Shown: positions 59,217-64,000 of the stretch, in pieces
How positions within the stretch are numbered: position 1 is the first letter of the stretch
Layout of the letters: the number at the start of each line of letters is the position of its first letter
Source: an uncultured bacterium
GTDB taxonomy: Bacteria > Verrucomicrobiota > Verrucomicrobiia > Verrucomicrobiales > DEV007
DNA: 64,000 nucleotides
Assembly (NCBI GenBank): GCA_963977015.1
Contig: CAXBMO010000010.1
Span: forward strand, 96,001-160,000
Reading direction: 5' to 3'
Made by a program: the position numbers and the translations under genes
Notes under the pieces: model-generated
The model's database searches: none
Seen by the model: only the letters and a program-made list of their open reading frames with translations
What the model was told of the DNA's origin: nothing

Positions 59217-60614
59217 CTAGAATTCGATGGTCTTGCGCCATTTGGCAACCGCTACTTTCCCCCGTTTTCGCTGGGTCAAGGCTTCGCAAAGGGCGTGGGA
59301 TTGCTCCGTTTCTCCGTGGACGAGCCAGGTTTGTTCGAGCGGACCGGTGATCGCGTCGTAGTAGGCGAGCAATTCGCTCCGATCAGCATGACCGCTAAAA
59401 GAATCCATCTCTTCAATGCGAGCTTTGACGCGGTGTTGCTCTCCAAAGATGGGAACCGATTTCTCGCGATCCCGAATTCGCCGACCCAGCGTATTGGCCG
59501 CGCAATAACCCACGAACAGAATCGTGTTCTTTGTATTGCCGATGTTGTTTCGCAAATGATGCAGGATCCGTCCGCTTTCGCACATTCCGGAAGCCGAAAT
59601 GATGACGCAGGGCTCATCTTTGTCGTTCAGAGACCTAGAGCCGCGAACCGATCGAATCAGTTGTAAGCCCTCGAATCCGAACGGATTGCGCTTCTCGAAA
59701 AGAAAATTGTAGATCTCTTTGTTAAAACATTCGGGGTGCAATCGGAAGATCTCAGTCGCGTTTACCGCCAGTGGGCTGTCCACATAAATCGGGATATCCG
59801 GAATTTTACCCTCTTCAACCAATTGGTGGAGGACGTAGATCAGTTGCTGAGTTCGTTCCACGGCAAATGCCGGAATGATGACTTTGCCCTTTGTCCGGAC
59901 TGCTTCGTGGATGATTTTCGCAATTTCTTCGGCCGATTCAGTATCTTCCTCGTGTTCCCGATTCCCATAGGTGCTCTCCATCAGGAGGAAATCTACATTT
60001 TCTGGAATGTGCGGATCACGGAGAATTCGGTTGTCGCCACGACCGACGTCCCCTGAAAAGACGAATCGCTTTTTGCGACCGGTCGCGAACTCCTGAATAT
60101 CCAAAACCACCTGCGCCGAACCAAGGATGTGGCCGGCATCGATAAAGGTCAGAAAAACTCCGTTCGCGATCGGGAGGCTGCGGTCGTAGCCGATGTTCAC
60201 AAATTGCCGGATGCATTGCTCAGCCTCCAGTTGCGTGTAGAGAACCGAAATTGGCTCCTGCTTGGTCTTTTTGCGACGTTTGTTAAGCCACCCCACATCA
60301 TGCGCCTGAATCTTGGCGGAGTCAGCCAGCATGATTTGGCAAAGATCCCTGGTCGCGAACGTGCTGTAAATGTTGCCCGTGTACCCGTTCTTGCAAAGAT
60401 TCGGGAGATTGCCGCTGTGGTCAATGTGAGCGTGGGATAATACCACCGCGTCAAGCGAGGCCGGATCGAAAAAGAAGGACTTGTTTCGCTCATAGCTCTC
60501 ATCCCGCCGTCCCTGATAAAGCCCGCAATCCAAAAGAATACGCTGGTTGTTAATCTCGAGAAGATGTTGCGAACCTGTGGTGGTTTCAGCCGCGCCGCAG
60601 AAGGTGAGTTTCAT
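59217..60614 (-). CDS. MBL-fold beta-CASP ribonuclease-like hydrolase
   Basis: SHAHIDHSG, AGHILGS, FSGD, MESTYG, FSGHAD and VHGE. Confidence 0.92.
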   Translation of the reverse strand: MKLTFCGAAETTTGSQHLLEINNQRILLDCGLYQGRRDESYERNKSFFFDPASLDAVVLSHAHIDHSGNLPNLCKNGYTGNIYSTFATRDLCQIMLADSAKIQAHDVGWLNKRRKKTKQEPISVLYTQLEAEQCIRQFVNIGYDRSLPIANGVFLTFIDAGHILGSAQVVLDIQEFATGRKKRFVFSGDVGRGDNRILRDPHIPENVDFLLMESTYGNREHEEDTESAEEIAKIIHEAVRTKGKVIIPAFAVERTQQLIYVLHQLVEEGKIPDIPIYVDSPLAVNATEIFRLHPECFNKEIYNFLFEKRNPFGFEGLQLIRSVRGSRSLNDKDEPCVIISASGMCESGRILHHLRNNIGNTKNTILFVGYCAANTLGRRIRDREKSVPIFGEQHRVKARIEEMDSFSGHADRSELLAYYDAITGPLEQTWLVHGETEQSHALCEALTQRKRGKVAVAKWRKTIEF

Positions 60615-60734
60615 GAAATTCAGGAGGGATTTGTGGAGTTTTGAGCCATGATCTTGGGAGTTTGCCACCTGCCGTGCAAGAAAACTTCGTCACACTGCAG
60701 TTTCGAGGTAGACGCTGCGCGCTGACTTGTTACG

Positions 60735-61529
60735 ATGAATATTATGCGCTCACAAATAGCTACCAGAATGCGGGTGACCGCGTTGGCCATCTTTAGTGTC
60801 CTCGCGATCGTTGCCTGTACCACAGTGGTCGAAGAGACCGGTCGAAAACAGTTCAACGTTCTTTCTCCAGCCAAAGAGGCCAGCATGGGATTGAGCGAGT
60901 TTGAGAAATACAAGCAATCTAAGCCTGTCGTGCGTGGCGGATCCTACAACGCCATGGCTCAGCGAGTTGGCGCTCGGCTTCAGAAAGTAATCACGGTGCC
61001 GAATGCCCAATGGGAATTTGTCGTATTTCAGGATTCGACACCCAACGCCTTTGCTCTTCCGGGAGGGAAGGTCGGTATCCACTCAGGTCTTTTCAACGTC
61101 GTCCAAAATGAAGCGCAGTTGGCTGCGGTTCTCGGCCATGAAATCGGCCACGTGAAGGCGCGTCACAGCGGGGAACGACTTACCAATGCAACTGCCGGCG
61201 CAGTCGTTGGGGCGATCGCTGGTGAAGTCCTCGCCCGAAAGACCGGATTGCAGCGGGGCCAGGCTCAGGCCGTTACGCAAGGAGCTGTCGCATTGCGCAC
61301 CCTCCGTTTCTCACGAAACCAGGAATTGGAAGCAGACAAACTCGGGGCGCTCTATATGGCTCGGGCGGGATACGATCCTCGCGAATCCATCAACTTGTGG
61401 AAGAACTTCGGGAAAGCCGCCGGTGGGAATTCAACTCCCGAATTTTTGAGAACCCATCCGTTGGATACAACGCGAATTGCTGCGTTGGAGGCTTATATGC
61501 CGACGGCATTGGCTGCCTATAAGAATTAG
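60735..61529 (+). CDS. M48 family metallopeptidase lipoprotein
   Basis: IVAC lipobox, NAFALPGG, HEIGH, QELEAD and FLRTHP. Start may be 60744 or 60768. Confidence 0.92.
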   Translation: MNIMRSQIATRMRVTALAIFSVLAIVACTTVVEETGRKQFNVLSPAKEASMGLSEFEKYKQSKPVVRGGSYNAMAQRVGARLQKVITVPNAQWEFVVFQDSTPNAFALPGGKVGIHSGLFNVVQNEAQLAAVLGHEIGHVKARHSGERLTNATAGAVVGAIAGEVLARKTGLQRGQAQAVTQGAVALRTLRFSRNQELEADKLGALYMARAGYDPRESINLWKNFGKAAGGNSTPEFLRTHPLDTTRIAALEAYMPTALAAYKN

Positions 61530-61613
61530 GGACCTGTTTGAGCCTGGGAGGCTCTTCGATTGGAGGGAAACTAATGTCGGGTAAGGCACTGGCATGGGTT
61601 TTCTGCTTTGCAG

Positions 61614-62180
61614 ATGTCTAAGGCCATAAAAGAGGCGAAAGCGGACCTTCGGCGGGAAATGAAGCGCCGGGCTGCCGAGCTGTCGGCGGAGCAGCGGGTG
61701 GTGCAGTCAGAACAAATCTGCGAGCAAATCCTTCAAATTCCGAACCTGGGAGAGGCGGGAACCGTCCTCGTGTTTGCGAGCCTTCCCGATGAACCCAACC
61801 TGGATTCGCTTTGGAGTTCAGCGGTGCCTTGGGCTTTGCCGCAGGTCGTTGGTAAAGAATTGCGGATTTGGCGCGTTTCGGCGTTGAATCAGCTTCAGCG
61901 CGGGGTTCTGGGGATTCGGGAGCCAAATCCAGAACTTTGCGAGCGAATCGATCCCGCCGAAATCACCACGATTTTGGTCCCCGGACTCGCGTTTGATCGC
62001 AAATCAGGGCGCCGATTAGGGAGGGGAGGAGGGTTCTACGATCGCTTTCTTGCCGACTCTCAGGCCAGCAAGATCGGGATTGGTTTTGCCCATCAAGTGG
62101 TCGACGGAGTTCCGTTCGAAACTCACGATTGCTGTGTGGATCGGGTGATTTCAGGCTCCGATCACACCGAGAAGCTTTAG
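61614..62180 (+). CDS. 5-formyltetrahydrofolate cyclo-ligase
   Basis: K..LR, LVPGLAFD...RLGRGGGFYDR and HD. Confidence 0.93.
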   Translation: MSKAIKEAKADLRREMKRRAAELSAEQRVVQSEQICEQILQIPNLGEAGTVLVFASLPDEPNLDSLWSSAVPWALPQVVGKELRIWRVSALNQLQRGVLGIREPNPELCERIDPAEITTILVPGLAFDRKSGRRLGRGGGFYDRFLADSQASKIGIGFAHQVVDGVPFETHDCCVDRVISGSDHTEKL

Positions 62181-63413
62181 CGAGGTCATCGTCGCGACAA
62201 AAACGGAGCCAAGAAAGCCGAACCCGACTGTCCAGAGCATCCAGACCGGCGGTTTCTGGGGTTCAAAGCGGTATTGGCGAATTCCGAGGAACAGCAGTCC
62301 CGCCATCACTGCCGGACCGCCAACGACCGTCGATGCTTGTGCGATCACGATGATCGTGGTCCGGTCAAAGCCGGTCGTCAGGGCCAGGATCCCGACCAGC
62401 ATCCCGAGAACCAGGGCTACGGTGGTGGCATGAAGCGCGGCACGGCTTGAGAGGGACGATCCCAGCCCCATTCCATCGGCAAAGACGTGGCCTCCGATCA
62501 TCGCATTGACGAGAAAGGAGCTGAATGCCCCGGCGAGGAATCCGAAGCAGAAGATGTAGCTGGCAAATCCGCCAAAGGCGCTTTTCAGCTGAGCTGACAT
62601 CTTTCCCGCATCGCCCAGTTCGGCTGGACCGACGGTCCCATGAAAGGTTGCCGCAGCCGTCATCATCACCACGGAAGTCACCCCAACCAAGACACACATG
62701 CCGAAGACCGAGTCGCGAAATCCTGACCGAAGTTCATCGGGGCCCCAACCGCGTTCCCGGACGAGGTAGCCTTGGTAAAACGCACCCGCCACCGAGTAGG
62801 TGGTCCCAATCAGGCCCATCACGATCAGCAGTTGGGAGGTGTTTTGAAAGGGAGAAAAATCAGGCAGCAATCCGGATAGGGCTCCTCCAATCGAAGGTTT
62901 GGAGACGACGAAATTGACGAGAAACGCCAGCACCATCAGGAGGACGAAGACCTTCATGATGTTCTCGACCCGTTTGTAGAGATTCTTCGACTGGTAGAGG
63001 ATGAAAATGATCAACGCATTGACGGCAACCAGGATCGCGGCAATCAGCCCTTTCGGAAGCTGTTCACCATTACCGAGCAGCGGCTCAATTCCGGCGATAA
63101 CCGCCATGTTGTTGCTGGATTGGAAGCCGGCAACAATCAGAAAGAAGGCAATCCCGATCACCCAACCGGCCCAGGGTCCAAGCTGCGCGCACAATTCACC
63201 GCAAAGCGATCTCTTCAGGGTGGCGCCAAGCCAGGCGGACAGCGAAGCCGCTCCAATCAGCAAAACGAGCAACAGAGCCAGAAGCCACAGCATGTCGTAA
63301 CCGAATGCGGCGCCGACCTTGGTGCTGGTGGTAATGCTGCCGGGCCCGAGAACCACTGCGGCCACGATAATGGCCGGTCCAATTTGCCGTAGAAAGGCTG
63401 AAGGGGTCTTCAT
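62151..63413 (-). CDS. NRAMP-like divalent cation transporter
   Basis: GPAIIVAAVVLGPGSITT...GAAFGYDMLW, LIGTT and about 11 TMs. Confidence 0.85.
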   Translation of the reverse strand: MKTPSAFLRQIGPAIIVAAVVLGPGSITTSTKVGAAFGYDMLWLLALLLVLLIGAASLSAWLGATLKRSLCGELCAQLGPWAGWVIGIAFFLIVAGFQSSNNMAVIAGIEPLLGNGEQLPKGLIAAILVAVNALIIFILYQSKNLYKRVENIMKVFVLLMVLAFLVNFVVSKPSIGGALSGLLPDFSPFQNTSQLLIVMGLIGTTYSVAGAFYQGYLVRERGWGPDELRSGFRDSVFGMCVLVGVTSVVMMTAAATFHGTVGPAELGDAGKMSAQLKSAFGGFASYIFCFGFLAGAFSSFLVNAMIGGHVFADGMGLGSSLSSRAALHATTVALVLGMLVGILALTTGFDRTTIIVIAQASTVVGGPAVMAGLLFLGIRQYRFEPQKPPVWMLWTVGFGFLGSVFVATMTSLKLLGVIGA

Positions 63414-63450
63414 GTTTGGACGCTAGCAGGGGCAATGCCGCCGTCCAAGC

Positions 63451-64000
63451 TCATTTGCGAACATGCACCCAATTCCACAGCATCGGGAGAAGGAAGATCG
63501 CAACGAGCGCATTCAGAAACAGCGAAAGCGCGCAAACGCGCCCCAAACTTGCCAATCCCAAGTTGCTGGCCCAGGCGAGAGACCCGAATCCGGCAACGGT
63601 GGAAAGTCCGCACACGAGAAGCGCCTGTCCCACATCCCGTTGCACCCGCAAAACGTCGCGATGCCGGCGAAATCCCAACAGCATGTGGATGCTGTAATCG
63701 AGACCCGCGCCAAGGGTGAGGAGAACCGCTGCGAGGTTGAAAAAATTCCAGGTTAGACCGAGCAGGACCATTGATCCGAGCATGGCGACGAGGCTCAGCG
63801 CGATGGTGATCGCGACCCAGATGATTTCGCTGATTCTTCCAAAGGTGAAGGCTAACATGACCACCACGATCACTCCCAGAATCGCGAGAATTCGCATGAT
63901 TTCTCCGGGAATGTGGGTTTGCAGGGCCAGCATGGTTTGAGCCCAGTCCGCGAGTTGGGTGTCTTCACTCTGAAGCCACCGCAAATCCGCGCCATCGCTT
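63451..64000 (-). CDS. MMPL/RND-family transporter C-terminus (5'-truncated by the window edge)
   Basis: LGAGLDYSIH and LSTVAGFGSL motifs with TM helices. Confidence 0.8.
   Translation of the reverse strand, partial: SDGADLRWLQSEDTQLADWAQTMLALQTHIPGEIMRILAILGVIVVVMLAFTFGRISEIIWVAITIALSLVAMLGSMVLLGLTWNFFNLAAVLLTLGAGLDYSIHMLLGFRRHRDVLRVQRDVGQALLVCGLSTVAGFGSLAWASNLGLASLGRVCALSLFLNALVAIFLLPMLWNWVHVRK

Noticed and set aside
61530-61613. 6S RNA upstream of the 5-formyl-THF cyclo-ligase gene
   Set aside because: The gap is only ~84 nt, too short for a ~180-nt 6S RNA, and shows no long hairpin
1-64000. CRISPR array, IS elements, prophage
   Set aside because: No regularly spaced DNA repeats and no transposase, cas or phage structural genes seen

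Overview
Gene-dense chromosomal window, most likely from a Verrucomicrobiota (PVC superphylum) bacterium. This is inferred from the DUF1553/DUF1501 and DUF1592/DUF1552 modules and the Tat-exported Gfo/Idh/MocA oxidoreductase. Most of it is housekeeping: acpP, accA, dapF-dapA-dapB-folK-panB, gpmI, aspS, rpsN, purU, a class I DAHP synthase, rpmE-prfA-prmC-murA, a GT4 GlgA and two tRNAs. I saw no integrase, transposase, prophage or CRISPR array. The most unusual items are: (1) a tRNA-Leu with the rare A34 anticodon AAG; (2) a two-gene module pairing a winged-helix/GrpE-like protein with a stand-alone actin/Hsp70-fold ATPase; (3) a three-gene envelope module made of a ~1440-aa protein (about ten tandem BON-like repeats plus OmpA C-terminus), a small membrane protein and an acidic membrane-anchored protein with three HhH-like repeats, next to a CHASE2 adenylate cyclase and a partnerless TpsB; (4) a LysM/YkuD-like protein without the catalytic cysteine; (5) an orphan minus-strand terminator that may mark an sRNA. 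All family calls come from motif recognition by eye, not database searches. Some starts were adjusted from the ORF track.
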